From positions 7,573-71,572 of the IMG/VR virus record IMGVR_UViG_3300010373_000042: a DNA stretch of 64,000 nucleotides; one strand, given 5' to 3'. The notes beneath the pieces are model-generated. The model was not told the DNA's origin. It did no database searches and saw only the letters and a program-made list of their open reading frames with translations. Numbering within the stretch: the first letter of the stretch is position 1; every line of letters begins with the position of its first letter. The translations under genes and the position numbers were made by a program. Origin of the DNA: a virus. Shown here piece by piece: positions 1 through 8,907 of the stretch.

Positions 1-1
1 C

Positions 2-223
2 GCTTGCGCCTCAGCATTTGCCGCCGCCCGCTCGCTGTCTCTTTCGACGGTAGGGCGCTTGGTAGCTAAGGACGGCCGCTTCTTCGACCGTCTTGACGAC
101 GGCTCGACCTTTACCGCGCGCAAATACGATGAGGTGATCCGCTGGTTTTCCGATAGCTGGCCAGATGATGCCGTTTGGCCTCCGGAAGTTGTTCGCCCCG
201 TAGCCGAAGAGGCGCGCGCGTGA
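2..223 (+). CDS. Cro-like phage regulator, 5'-truncated by window edge
   Basis: Not in ORF track; frame 2 reads ...SLSTVGRLVAKDGRFFDRLDDGSTFTARKYDEVIRWFSDSWPDDAVWP, typical of alphaproteobacterial prophage Cro-like proteins; TGA at 221-223. Confidence 0.7.
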   Translation, partial: ACASAFAAARSLSLSTVGRLVAKDGRFFDRLDDGSTFTARKYDEVIRWFSDSWPDDAVWPPEVVRPVAEEARA

Positions 224-614
224 TCCCAAGGCCCGACAACGATGTCCGCCATTCCCAACCCCTCGATTTAAGAGCGAGGGTTGATGCTGGCACAACTGAA
301 CAGAATTGCACACAAAATAATCTTTATACACGAAACTTTCTATTCCGCGCCGCGACAATCCAGCAAATCTACGGAGCGCGGGAGTTTTCACCGCTCCACG
401 CCGAGGCACGTCACCAAGCCCCAGATCAGAGCCATCACCGCGATACCGATGAGCGCCTGCACGGCGCGGCTCATGTGCGCGGCCTCGACAGCAGCCACAT
501 CACGTTTCGCAAAAGCGTTTCCAGTTCAATTGACATCGCTTCCCCCGTTTCAACGCCGCGGTCTTGCGGTCTTTTTTTTGGGAACGCTCCCAAAATCCTT
601 GGGAGGGTTGGCGC

Positions 615-947
615 GTGACGCCCGAAGAGGGACTGAAAGAACTCGCCGAACCGCGTCCCGGCGGCGAACTCGTCAAGACTGCAATCAACCGTGCTGCTCG
701 CCTTTGTCGTCTCCCGTACTGGCGATGTTTCGACCTTTGGTATGGCAAGGCCCGTCGGGTTGAGCCCGCCGAAATCACCGCCATCGCCGATGCGCTTGAA
801 AGAAAGCGCGAACTGGAGGCCAGCAATGAGCTCGCGGAACTTCGGCGTCGCCTCGCGCGCCTCGAAGCACGTCTGCTTTCGACGGATGAGGACTTCTATC
901 GCCCTCATATTGATTTCCTGGGGCGGCGCGCTTGCCAATCTGGCTGA
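615..947 (+). CDS. CII-like phage regulatory protein
   Basis: GTG with GGGAGG RBS; VKTAINRAARLCRLPYWRCFDLWYGKARR HTH-like segment plus coiled coil; lies after cro. Confidence 0.55.
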   Translation: MTPEEGLKELAEPRPGGELVKTAINRAARLCRLPYWRCFDLWYGKARRVEPAEITAIADALERKRELEASNELAELRRRLARLEARLLSTDEDFYRPHIDFLGRRACQSG

Positions 948-1031
948 GCGCATAGCCCCTTGGTTGAAGGATTAACAGTGTCCCGCGTGGGGCGCCGGCT
1001 CCCTTAAGTCCGGCAACTATTGAGCATCACA

Positions 1032-1328
1032 ATGACCGCTCTACCGAACCCCTGGCTTTCCGCTTCTGCAGCGGTGGTGATGCCCGTTGCAGATCAGGCC
1101 GCCGCGTCTTCGTCCCAGCCCCCTGGTAACGCGGCGGCCAACCATTTCGAATCCCCCATGACGATGGAGGACATCAAGGCGCGACCGGCGGTGCCCCAAA
1201 CCTCCGTCGGCGCGACCGAATTCCCGCGCGGCTTTGATCCTGAGCGATTTTTCGAGGCGATCGAGCCGATGCCGTTGTTCCTGCAGGCGCCCCGCGAAGC
1301 GCTCGAGATTCTGGCGAGGTGGGCGTGA
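1032..1328 (+). CDS. hypothetical protein
   Basis: ORF in the co-directional early operon, abutting the GcrA-like gene. Confidence 0.4.
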   Translation: MTALPNPWLSASAAVVMPVADQAAASSSQPPGNAAANHFESPMTMEDIKARPAVPQTSVGATEFPRGFDPERFFEAIEPMPLFLQAPREALEILARWA

Positions 1329-1864
1329 TGCCAGCACCTCCCGGAAACAACATGCGAAATGCCAATGCCACCGTCGGCCAGCAATGGACGCCAGAGCTTG
1401 ACGAGGCGCTGAAGAAATACCTGGCCGCTAATCTGTCATTCGCCGATGTGGCGGGGGAGATCAACCGCGAATTTGGGACTTCCTATAGCCGGTGTGCGGC
1501 AACCGGACGCGCGCATCGCTTGGGATTGCGGTCGAGCGTGCCGAAGTCGGAGGGATCGAAGCGGCAGGCCCGATATCATGGGGGAGAGCGGCGAAAGCCC
1601 TCAAAGCCAAAGCCACCCGCGCCGCCGGTCGTTTTCAAATGCGAGCCTTCGACCGGTCTGCGTGTCGCCGACGTCGTGCCGCGAAATATCTCGCTGCTCG
1701 ATCTGGAGCCCGGCGAGTGCCGATGGCCCTACGGCGATTCCAATTTCACATTTTGCGGCAACCCTACCTTGGACGGCTGCAGCTATTGCCACCAGCATTT
1801 TGCGCTGTCCGTCGGTGGTGGGACGGAATCGGAGCGGCGGGCACATCAGGGAGTGGCGGCATGA
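1328..1864 (+). CDS. gcrA: GcrA-family cell-cycle regulator
   Basis: [11 protein letters not shown]...[15 protein letters not shown]-terminal HTH and [26 protein letters not shown]-terminal domain; start uncertain. Confidence 0.85.
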   Translation: MPAPPGNNMRNANATVGQQWTPELDEALKKYLAANLSFADVAGEINREFGTSYSRCAATGRAHRLGLRSSVPKSEGSKRQARYHGGERRKPSKPKPPAPPVVFKCEPSTGLRVADVVPRNISLLDLEPGECRWPYGDSNFTFCGNPTLDGCSYCHQHFALSVGGGTESERRAHQGVAA

Positions 1865-2178
1865 GCAAGATCGGTCACAATAGCGACGCGGCACCGGCGA
1901 CGAAGTTTGCCAAGGACCAGCTCAAGGCCATCATCGAGCGCATCGAGCGGCTGGAAGAAGAAAAGAAAACCATCAGCGACGATATCCGCGACGTCTACGC
2001 CGAGGCCAAGGGCAATGGTTTCGACGTCAAGGCGCTGCGCACCATCATTCGGATGCGCAAGCAGGACGAAAACGAGCGCGCCGAGCAGGAGACGATCCTG
2101 GAGACCTACATGCACGCCCTCGGCATGTTGGCTGATACGCCTCTGGGGCAGGCGGCGGTCGCGAGGGCGGTCGCGTGA
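1861..2178 (+). CDS. gapR: GapR/DUF2312 nucleoid-associated protein
   Basis: [45 protein letters not shown] signature. Confidence 0.92.
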   Translation: MSKIGHNSDAAPATKFAKDQLKAIIERIERLEEEKKTISDDIRDVYAEAKGNGFDVKALRTIIRMRKQDENERAEQETILETYMHALGMLADTPLGQAAVARAVA

Positions 2179-2684
2179 TGCGTTGGTCGGAGGATCAACT
2201 GACAAAGCATCTGGCGCGTCGCGGTGTATCGCATGACGCGATGGCTGCTGAGCCGGATCCCCCGATGTCTGATGCTCCATTCCATTGCCCCGCCGATATC
2301 GTATTGGACCTACCGCCGCCGATTTCGGTCAATCGCATCTGGCGCAAAACCAAGACAGGCGTGATCAAGAGCGACGCCTATCATCGCTGGGTCAAACGCG
2401 CCGACGCCATGCTGATCGAGCTCGGCCAACTGAAGGGCGTGCGCCAGATCACTGGTAAGTTCACCGCCCTGATAGTCGTCAGGCGCTCAAATCTCGACCT
2501 CGACAATAACGCGAAGGTCGCGCTGGACTTCCTGCAAAGCAGAAATTTCATCGTCAACGACAAGTTCTGCGAAGAGCTGACCTTGCGCTGGGGTGATGCG
2601 CCGACGGGTTGCCGGGTTACGGTCAAGCCTTTCGCGATCACCAGCATGGCCCAGGTGCTGCAGCGAGCGAAGGAGAGTGTATGA
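2175..2684 (+). CDS. RusA-like Holliday junction resolvase
   Basis: [12 protein letters not shown] and [13 protein letters not shown]...IVND motifs. Confidence 0.8.
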   Translation: MMRWSEDQLTKHLARRGVSHDAMAAEPDPPMSDAPFHCPADIVLDLPPPISVNRIWRKTKTGVIKSDAYHRWVKRADAMLIELGQLKGVRQITGKFTALIVVRRSNLDLDNNAKVALDFLQSRNFIVNDKFCEELTLRWGDAPTGCRVTVKPFAITSMAQVLQRAKESV

Positions 2685-3196
2685 AAATTGATGCGAGCGA
2701 ATTAACTTACCAGTTAGTCGAAAGTGTTAGTAGCACCGGATTTTTGGACGGCTGGTTCTTCCACCTCATCAATAAGCTGTCGGAGCTGTGCGAGAGCCCG
2801 ATCGAAGCGCGGTTGGGCGCTGCGATGTTGTTCTACGACAAGTTCAACGGAATGCCCGGGTTCCCGCTGATCTTGGCCGGGCAGGATGAGTCTTGGCCGA
2901 GCGGTTGCCGGCTTCTGACGCCTCAATATCAGTTTCAGCAATATCGGATCGATTGGGTCATCCGTGAAGATGAGCGTTTGACGTTTATCGAGTGTGACGG
3001 GCACGATTTCCACGAGCGCACCAAGGCCCAAGCTGGCCGAGACAAGCTGAAGGATCGGACCATTCAGGGCGCTGGACATCCGATCCTTCGCTTCACCGGG
3101 TCTGAGATATTCGAGGATGCGCTGTACTGCGCCGCGCAAATTTCCGAGTTCGTCGATAACCGAAACGTGCCATCCGGCACGCTGGAGCCTGCGTGA
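2681..3196 (+). CDS. DUF559/Vsr-like endonuclease
   Basis: ESPIE...YRIDW...IECDGHDFH...RD..KDR..Q..G..ILRFTGSEI. Confidence 0.8.
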   Translation: MKIDASELTYQLVESVSSTGFLDGWFFHLINKLSELCESPIEARLGAAMLFYDKFNGMPGFPLILAGQDESWPSGCRLLTPQYQFQQYRIDWVIREDERLTFIECDGHDFHERTKAQAGRDKLKDRTIQGAGHPILRFTGSEIFEDALYCAAQISEFVDNRNVPSGTLEPA

Positions 3197-3861
3197 GAGA
3201 TGTATCCGACATCACAAAGGATCTGATCGCAACCGGACTTTCGGGGGCGCAAACTGCGCTGGTTATGGAGCTGGTACTGAGCATGTCCACCGGGCTGTCC
3301 ACCGGACAGGGTGGTGAAAATCGGACGCTTGAGAAGCGGCGAGCATGGGATCGGGACCGCAAAGCCAAGCAAAGGGAAGCTTTGAGGCTGTCCACTTTGT
3401 CCACCGGACTTCCACCGGATTCCACCGGAAATCAGGTGGAAAAAGCGGATGTTCGCCCTGATGAAGAAGTCAAGGATAGAAGCCTTCAAGGGAAGGTGAA
3501 GAAAGAAAACAAGAAGGGATCTCGTTTACTGAGCGGTGCGCGCGTGAGTGAGGAGAACCGAGCAATCGCGATCCAGTGCGGATGTCCACCCGACAGAGTG
3601 GACGCGCTGTGGACCGAATTCGTCGACTACTGGTCGGACATTCCGGGCCAGAAGGGATGCAAGCTTTCGTGGACCGGCACGTGGCGGAACCGGGTGAAAT
3701 TCATTTATGAGCGAACAGGGAAACCACTGAATGGGCGACGAACCGTACACGACGCGGCAGACGACCTCCTCGCCAAGATTCGCGCGCTCGACGAGCCCGC
3801 ACCAAGCGGCATATGCGACGGAACGGGCCAAGGTTCTATTCGGCTCATATCGCAGGGGTGA
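3193..3861 (+). CDS. putative replication initiator (lambda O-like position)
   Basis: Basic RRAWDRDRK segment, internal TCCACCGG repeats, C-terminal EFVDYW...WTGTWRN domain. Confidence 0.6.
   Translation: MRDVSDITKDLIATGLSGAQTALVMELVLSMSTGLSTGQGGENRTLEKRRAWDRDRKAKQREALRLSTLSTGLPPDSTGNQVEKADVRPDEEVKDRSLQGKVKKENKKGSRLLSGARVSEENRAIAIQCGCPPDRVDALWTEFVDYWSDIPGQKGCKLSWTGTWRNRVKFIYERTGKPLNGRRTVHDAADDLLAKIRALDEPAPSGICDGTGQGSIRLISQG
3286..3429. repeat. iteron-like TCCACCGG repeats (candidate origin)
   Basis: TCCACCGG at 3286, 3298, 3400, 3411 and 3421 inside the initiator gene. Confidence 0.55.
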
Positions 3862-4411
3862 CGCCAACGACCCGGACGCCTATGTGGCTGCGGTCACCGC
3901 CGTGCTGTCGCTGTACGAACCGGATTTAATCCGCGAAGTGACCGATCCTCGCACCGGGATCTGCACCACCGAGAAACATGCCAGTTTTCTGCCAAATGCC
4001 GGCGAAATAAAACTGTATTGCGAGGGCATCGCGGCCCGTCGGGAACGCGTAGCGCGCCTTAGCAAATTGCCCGCGCCAGATCCTGGCCGCCACTTGCTCA
4101 GCGCTCCAGACCCGCGGCCCGGCGACAAGGCCACGGTCTTCGTGCCGATCGGACATGCGCGTTACGGCAAACTGGTGGCGTGGTCGCAGGAGGCCGACAC
4201 CGATCAGCGCAAATGGCGCTACGGCAAATCGAGCGACAACCGCGAAGGCATATGGATCTCGTGGGACGTCTGGGACCAGCAGGCGCCGGCACCAATGCGG
4301 ACGATGCGCACGCCGGATTTGAGCCTGAGCGAGGCAACCCTGCGGGCGATGAGAGAGGTTGATGCCGAGCCTTTCAGTGAATTGCCGGTAGACCATCGGG
4401 CCGCCGAATGA
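3731..4411 (+). CDS. replication accessory (helicase-loader-like) protein, start uncertain
   Basis: AKVLFGSYRRGDANDPDAYVAAV...FLPNAGEIK; directly follows the initiator. Confidence 0.45.
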   Translation: MGDEPYTTRQTTSSPRFARSTSPHQAAYATERAKVLFGSYRRGDANDPDAYVAAVTAVLSLYEPDLIREVTDPRTGICTTEKHASFLPNAGEIKLYCEGIAARRERVARLSKLPAPDPGRHLLSAPDPRPGDKATVFVPIGHARYGKLVAWSQEADTDQRKWRYGKSSDNREGIWISWDVWDQQAPAPMRTMRTPDLSLSEATLRAMREVDAEPFSELPVDHRAAE

Positions 4412-4596
4412 TGGAATTGCGCTGCTCCCGCGATCTGGCTTTGCGTCTTGGCGCGGTTGTGCCCGAGACGACCGCGCATCACCGACAGTTGCGCGACGCC
4501 GGCCACATGCTGGTGCGGGATGGCAAGACGGGCTGGGCGATGTTCTGGCCGTGGGAATTGAGCCGCGAGGATTTGGTCGCGGCGAGGTCGAGCTAG
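4408..4596 (+). CDS. hypothetical protein
   Basis: ATGA overlap with upstream gene. Confidence 0.45.
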   Translation: MMELRCSRDLALRLGAVVPETTAHHRQLRDAGHMLVRDGKTGWAMFWPWELSREDLVAARSS

Positions 4597-4712
4597 ATCC
4601 CGCGACGGCGCTCAATCGCATAGATCACCCCAATGAGCAGGGCGGCGATGACCACCAGCATGACGTCGGAAAATGACATGCCCACGACGCTATCAGAAAA
4701 CTGCATTTCCTA

Positions 4713-5246
4713 CTAGGCTACCGCAACGGCCTTTTTGCTAACTGGCACGCCCAAGGCTTTACAGAGGACGCTGGTGAGGTTTGGTTCAACCCTTGGTCCG
4801 ATACCGGCCGCCTCGTAAATCGCGCCAAACGTGGCCGCAGCCAAGATGGAGGGCGATTCAGCCGGATCGGTTGCCTTGATAAAGCGAACCAGCTCCCGTT
4901 TCATGCCCTCGCGATAGACCGGCTCGCGGCCAAGACTGCCCATCAAACGGTAATCTAGTGCGAAACGCCGACACAACCAAGAAATTGCATTGGCGGTATT
5001 TGATTGCTCCCGAATTGCCACAATATCCCGTTCCAGCACCAGCGCCACAACGGCTGCGACCAATTCGGTGCGGTCGGCGAAATAGCGATAGATCAGGCCT
5101 TTCGCGATCTCGGCGCGATCGGCGACCATGTCCGTGGTGAGGCTGTCCATTCCAACCTTGGCAATGACGTCGATCGCGGCCGCAATGATAACCGCGCGCT
5201 TGGCCTCGAGCTTGGCCAACACCTTTTCCGTCTTGCGATATGCCAT
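4713..5246 (-). CDS. TetR-family transcriptional regulator
   Basis: IIAAAIDVIAKVGMDSLTTDMVADRAEIAKGLIYRYF HTH. Confidence 0.88.
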   Translation of the reverse strand: MAYRKTEKVLAKLEAKRAVIIAAAIDVIAKVGMDSLTTDMVADRAEIAKGLIYRYFADRTELVAAVVALVLERDIVAIREQSNTANAISWLCRRFALDYRLMGSLGREPVYREGMKRELVRFIKATDPAESPSILAAATFGAIYEAAGIGPRVEPNLTSVLCKALGVPVSKKAVAVA

Positions 5247-5292
5247 GTTTTGAACCTCTCCAGCCTATTTCAGCGCTTGAACGCGCGCGGGG

Positions 5293-5499
5293 TCAATTGC
5301 GATTTCCGCATTTGGAGCATTTGAACCGGGGTGATTTGGTCCGGTGCGGAATGCGAGCTCGGCCGGAGTGGCCGCAATACGCGCAATTCAGCGTTCGGAA
5401 CGAGGGCAGATAGCGCACGCGCACGCCATCCAGCGTCTCGGCCTCGTTAATGAGGATCGCTGCTTCCTGTCTCAGAAACTCTTTTCTGCTTAAGCGCAC
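5293..5499 (-). CDS. small zinc-ribbon protein
   Basis: CAYC...CSKC pairs. Confidence 0.45.
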   Translation of the reverse strand: MRLSRKEFLRQEAAILINEAETLDGVRVRYLPSFRTLNCAYCGHSGRARIPHRTKSPRFKCSKCGNRN

Positions 5500-5782
5500 G
5501 ATTCCAATCCTTTAACGCCTTCTCCGCAACCCTCCGCAGGTATTTCTTCGACGGTCGTTTGGCCGGCGGCTTTCCCTCAAGATAGCGCTGCGCCCTCAAT
5601 TGATTGCGCGCGAGATATTGGCGACGCGTCGCCTGGATATCAATTTCAGCCTCGCGCAGCCAGCGGGCTATGGTTTGCCGTGGCACAGATGCAATTGCCG
5701 CGCCTTCGCTCGCCGACGTCAACTCACCGCGCACGAACATGGTTTCAACCCATCTTCGGAGTGGATGATGCGAGCGCGGCAT
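5447..5782 (-). CDS. hypothetical HTH protein
   Basis: ASEGAAIASVPRQTIARWL HTH-like segment; GAGG RBS. Confidence 0.55.
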   Translation of the reverse strand: MPRSHHPLRRWVETMFVRGELTSASEGAAIASVPRQTIARWLREAEIDIQATRRQYLARNQLRAQRYLEGKPPAKRPSKKYLRRVAEKALKDWNRALKQKRVSETGSSDPH

Positions 5783-5992
5783 ACGTTCCTCTGGCGGAAC
5801 TTATCGTTTTGGACTTGCACGGTCAAACAAATCGAATAATCGACAGTGTACTGTCAATATAGTGAACCAAAGTTCAAATCTTTCAAACGCTTGGCAAACC
5901 GATTTGACAGCGCATCGCGACCGCGCCATTCTTCGCCGCGCGTCCACACGCACGCGTTCTTTCCACAGCGAGCTTGCGAGCGAGGACCATGA

Positions 5993-6199
5993 GTGAGCGA
6001 AAGCGCGAACGACATGCCCTCCGCAATCACACCTGAAATGATCGAGGCCGCAGCGATCGCAATCCGCAATGAGGTTGCGGACAAAGCCGGACGAGGCAGA
6101 GTGTGGAACGCGCTTCCCCCCAAACTGCGGGATCAATACCGCGCCGAGGCATCGGTCGCGCTGCACGCCGCACTCGCGGTTCATCCGACGGCACACTGA
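5993..6199 (+). CDS. hypothetical protein
   Basis: GAGG RBS; ITPEMIEAAA pattern common in phage small proteins. Confidence 0.55.
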   Translation: MSESANDMPSAITPEMIEAAAIAIRNEVADKAGRGRVWNALPPKLRDQYRAEASVALHAALAVHPTAH

Positions 6200-6292
6200 G
6201 CCTCCCGCTCATCCCTTGCCAGACCATTGAACGCCCGCCCAAACCATGGCAGTTTCGGCCTGACAACAGCCCGCACAACACGGACAACAGAC

Positions 6293-6832
6293 ATGCCTCT
6301 CAGCAACCCAAAGCACGAGTTGTTCGCGCAAGAGTTGGCAAATGGTGTGAGCGCATGCCAAGCATATGAAAAGGCTGGATTTAAACCAGATGGCGGCAAC
6401 GCTTCGCGGTTACAGAACGATGACCGGATAAAACAGCGAGTTGCAGCGCTTCTCTCCGAACGTGCCAGAAAGCATGACAAAGCGACAGAAAAGGCCGTCA
6501 AAGAGCTTGGCATCACCAAGCAGTGGGTGCTGGCCAAGCTCGTGACCAACGCTGAGCGGGCTTTAGAACGCGATGACGGCAGCACAGCCAACCGCGCGCT
6601 CGAGCTGATCGGCAAAGAGCAAGGCATGTTCATCGACCGGAAAGAGTCCGGCGCACCAGGCGACTTCGCTGGCTTGCAAAGCGCTGAGGAAGTCATGGAT
6701 CTTGTGCGCAAAGAGCTGGGCGACGAGACCGCGGCGCTGCTGGCTGCGGCGCTGGGCAAGCGCGAGGCTGAGACGGCAGCAGATCCAGCCGGGCTCGAGG
6801 CTGAGCGAGAAGATGGCGCGACGTTGAACTAA
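6293..6832 (+). CDS. terS: terminase small subunit
   Basis: LSNPKHELFAQEL..G.SACQAYEKAGF...NASRL...ITKQWVL...ANRALELIGKEQGMF. Confidence 0.85.
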   Translation: MPLSNPKHELFAQELANGVSACQAYEKAGFKPDGGNASRLQNDDRIKQRVAALLSERARKHDKATEKAVKELGITKQWVLAKLVTNAERALERDDGSTANRALELIGKEQGMFIDRKESGAPGDFAGLQSAEEVMDLVRKELGDETAALLAAALGKREAETAADPAGLEAEREDGATLN

Positions 6833-7184
6833 GCCGCGCTGTATCGTTCTCTCAAGAGAGAGATACGAGTGCGGTGCGCTACGACGCTTTCGCCCGCGCG
6901 ATCAACAGCATAAGGGATGACACCCTCCATTTCCCAGGGGAGCCGTCTACCCGGGCAGGGACCTTCCACCGGGCCGCCGTGAATTTTTATTCTCCCGCGC
7001 CCGTCTCCGATCCACCCGTTTTTAGAGGGACCCGCTCTCAGATATTTGGGTCCCATTTTCGGAAAGGGTGTCGTCCCGTGTGGCAAGGGAACCCGATTTT
7101 TCCACAGAGGGACCCATGATTTGGGGGTGCGTTCACTGCATTTGTAGTGTATTGTAATCGGTGATTTTGCAGCGGAGAGTTTTT

Positions 7185-7844
7185 ATGATCAAGGCAGTCG
7201 CCTATATGCGGACGTCGAGCGCGACGAATGTCGGCGCGGACAAGGACAGCGAGAAGCGACAACGGGCGGCGATCGCGGGCTATGCCGATCAGGCCGGCTA
7301 TTCGATTTCTGTGGATGATTGGTTTTACGATGCGGCGGTGAAGGGCGCGGACCCGGTTACGTCGCGGCCCGGGTTCAAGGCGATGCTGGATCGGATTGCG
7401 GGAAACGGGGTTCGCACGATCATCGTCGAAAGTCCGGACCGGTTTGCGCGCGATCTCACGGTTCAACTGGCCGGCCACGACTATCTCAAGCGGCTGGGCG
7501 TCGATCTAATCCCAGCGACGGCACCAGATTTTTTTCTGGAGGACACACCGACGGCTGTTTTGGTGAGACAGGTACTTGGGGCGATAGCCCAGTTCGAAAA
7601 GGCCAGCCTCGTAGCGAAGTTGCGGGCCGCGCGCGACCGCAAGGAGCAACTGACCGGAAAGTGCTCTGGTCGCAAGTCCTATGCTGAGCGGGACCCGGCA
7701 ATGGTGACAAAGGCGCGGTCGTTGCAGGAAGGGCGATCGTTGCGGAAGATCGCCGCCGAACTCGCGGCCGCCGGCTATGTGACGCCTACGGGGCGGCCGT
7801 ATGCGGCGATGGCGGTCAGGTCGATGCTAGGGACAAAGCAATGA
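7185..7844 (+). CDS. serine recombinase (resolvase/invertase type)
   Basis: AVAYMRTSS catalytic motif, RPGF, DRFAR, C-terminal SLRKIAAEL HTH. Confidence 0.9.
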   Translation: MIKAVAYMRTSSATNVGADKDSEKRQRAAIAGYADQAGYSISVDDWFYDAAVKGADPVTSRPGFKAMLDRIAGNGVRTIIVESPDRFARDLTVQLAGHDYLKRLGVDLIPATAPDFFLEDTPTAVLVRQVLGAIAQFEKASLVAKLRAARDRKEQLTGKCSGRKSYAERDPAMVTKARSLQEGRSLRKIAAELAAAGYVTPTGRPYAAMAVRSMLGTKQ

Positions 7845-8383
7845 GCCGCGGTGCGGCCCGAAAGATGCCGACTGCGGCCGCTATCCTGCAGCACTGGGAA
7901 CCGAGGCTCTTGCGTTCTATTAAATTTCGCAATGATGTTGGCTTAAAAGGGGTCTGTTTTGGCTGTGGGTGGGAATCGGCTGAACTTGAACGAGCCCACA
8001 TCGTCCCAAGGTGCGATGGCGGCAGCGACGACGTAACCAACCTCCATTTGCTGTGCCACACATGCCATTGGTGCAGCGAAACGCTCACCGGCCGGGCCTA
8101 TTGGAATTGGTTCGCTCGGTGGGGAATGGTGCAGAGCATATTTCTTCTTCGGCCCGTTTATGAGGCGTCCCGACTGAGCCGGAGTCCCATTTGGCGCGTG
8201 CTACCGCAGCGCCAGGTGGCCTCCGCCGATGAGCGGCAGTACGGTCTCGAGCAGGTAGATCAGCACGACGAGGCCGACGATCAGCTTGGCGATGAGAGGG
8301 ATGGGCGGCGGGAGCGGCAAAAGGTCGATGATATAGAGCACCACGACCACGATGATCGCGAGTATGAGCAGGCTGATGAGTAG
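7841..8383 (+). CDS. HNH endonuclease
   Basis: CFGCG...RAHIVPRCDGGSDDVTNLHLLCHTCH; C-terminal part overlaps an antisense membrane gene. Confidence 0.75.
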   Translation: MSRGAARKMPTAAAILQHWEPRLLRSIKFRNDVGLKGVCFGCGWESAELERAHIVPRCDGGSDDVTNLHLLCHTCHWCSETLTGRAYWNWFARWGMVQSIFLLRPVYEASRLSRSPIWRVLPQRQVASADERQYGLEQVDQHDEADDQLGDERDGRRERQKVDDIEHHDHDDREYEQADE

Positions 8384-8389
8384 CGACAC
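8201..8389 (-). CDS. small two-helix membrane protein
   Basis: GGAGG RBS, GTG start, two hydrophobic helices separated by LPLPPPIP. Confidence 0.7.
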   Translation of the reverse strand: MSLLISLLILAIIVVVVLYIIDLLPLPPPIPLIAKLIVGLVVLIYLLETVLPLIGGGHLALR

Positions 8390-8523
8390 GGTCGTCCTCC
8401 GGGGTCGCCGTGACAACGGCCTACATGGTCTGGGGTTCCGTTCAATCTATGCGGTTCCGGCGGTATTGGATAATCGTCGTCGACATGTTATGACTTCGCG
8501 CTCATTTCTTTCAGGGGCGCGAT

Positions 8524-8907
8524 TTGGCTGTCGATTACAATGTCCCAACGCTGACCGCGCGGCTGCAGCAGGTCATCAATGCGATCGATGCCGGGCCGAG
8601 TAGCGGCTTCATGCGGCTATTGGATGGCGGTGGGAATATCCTTTCCTCGTTTCAGCTTTCCAACCCGATGGGCATCGCCAATAACGGTGTCCTGACTTTC
8701 AACGGCCTGTCCCTGATCGACCCTTCCGCGGCGGGGAACGGGCAGGCCGCCGCCGGGCGCTGTGAGACCTCGGCCGGGATCGTAATCATTTCCGGCCTGA
8801 CCGTGGGCGGCCCCGGCAGCACCAGCGACATCGTGCTTTCACCCAATACGACCATCACCGCAGGCCAGACGGTAGCCGTCACGGCCGCATCCATTACAGG
8901 AAACTGA
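8524..8907 (+). CDS. putative virion protein
   Basis: G/T/S-rich beta-type protein at head of tail operon; TTGGAT-17-TATGAC promoter-like sequence upstream. Confidence 0.6.
   Translation: MAVDYNVPTLTARLQQVINAIDAGPSSGFMRLLDGGGNILSSFQLSNPMGIANNGVLTFNGLSLIDPSAAGNGQAAAGRCETSAGIVIISGLTVGGPGSTSDIVLSPNTTITAGQTVAVTAASITGN

Noticed and set aside
11-763. Track ORFs 11-409, 175-618 and 281-763
   Set aside because: The convincing gene is the frame-2 Cro-like ORF ending at 223; the others have no recognisable features
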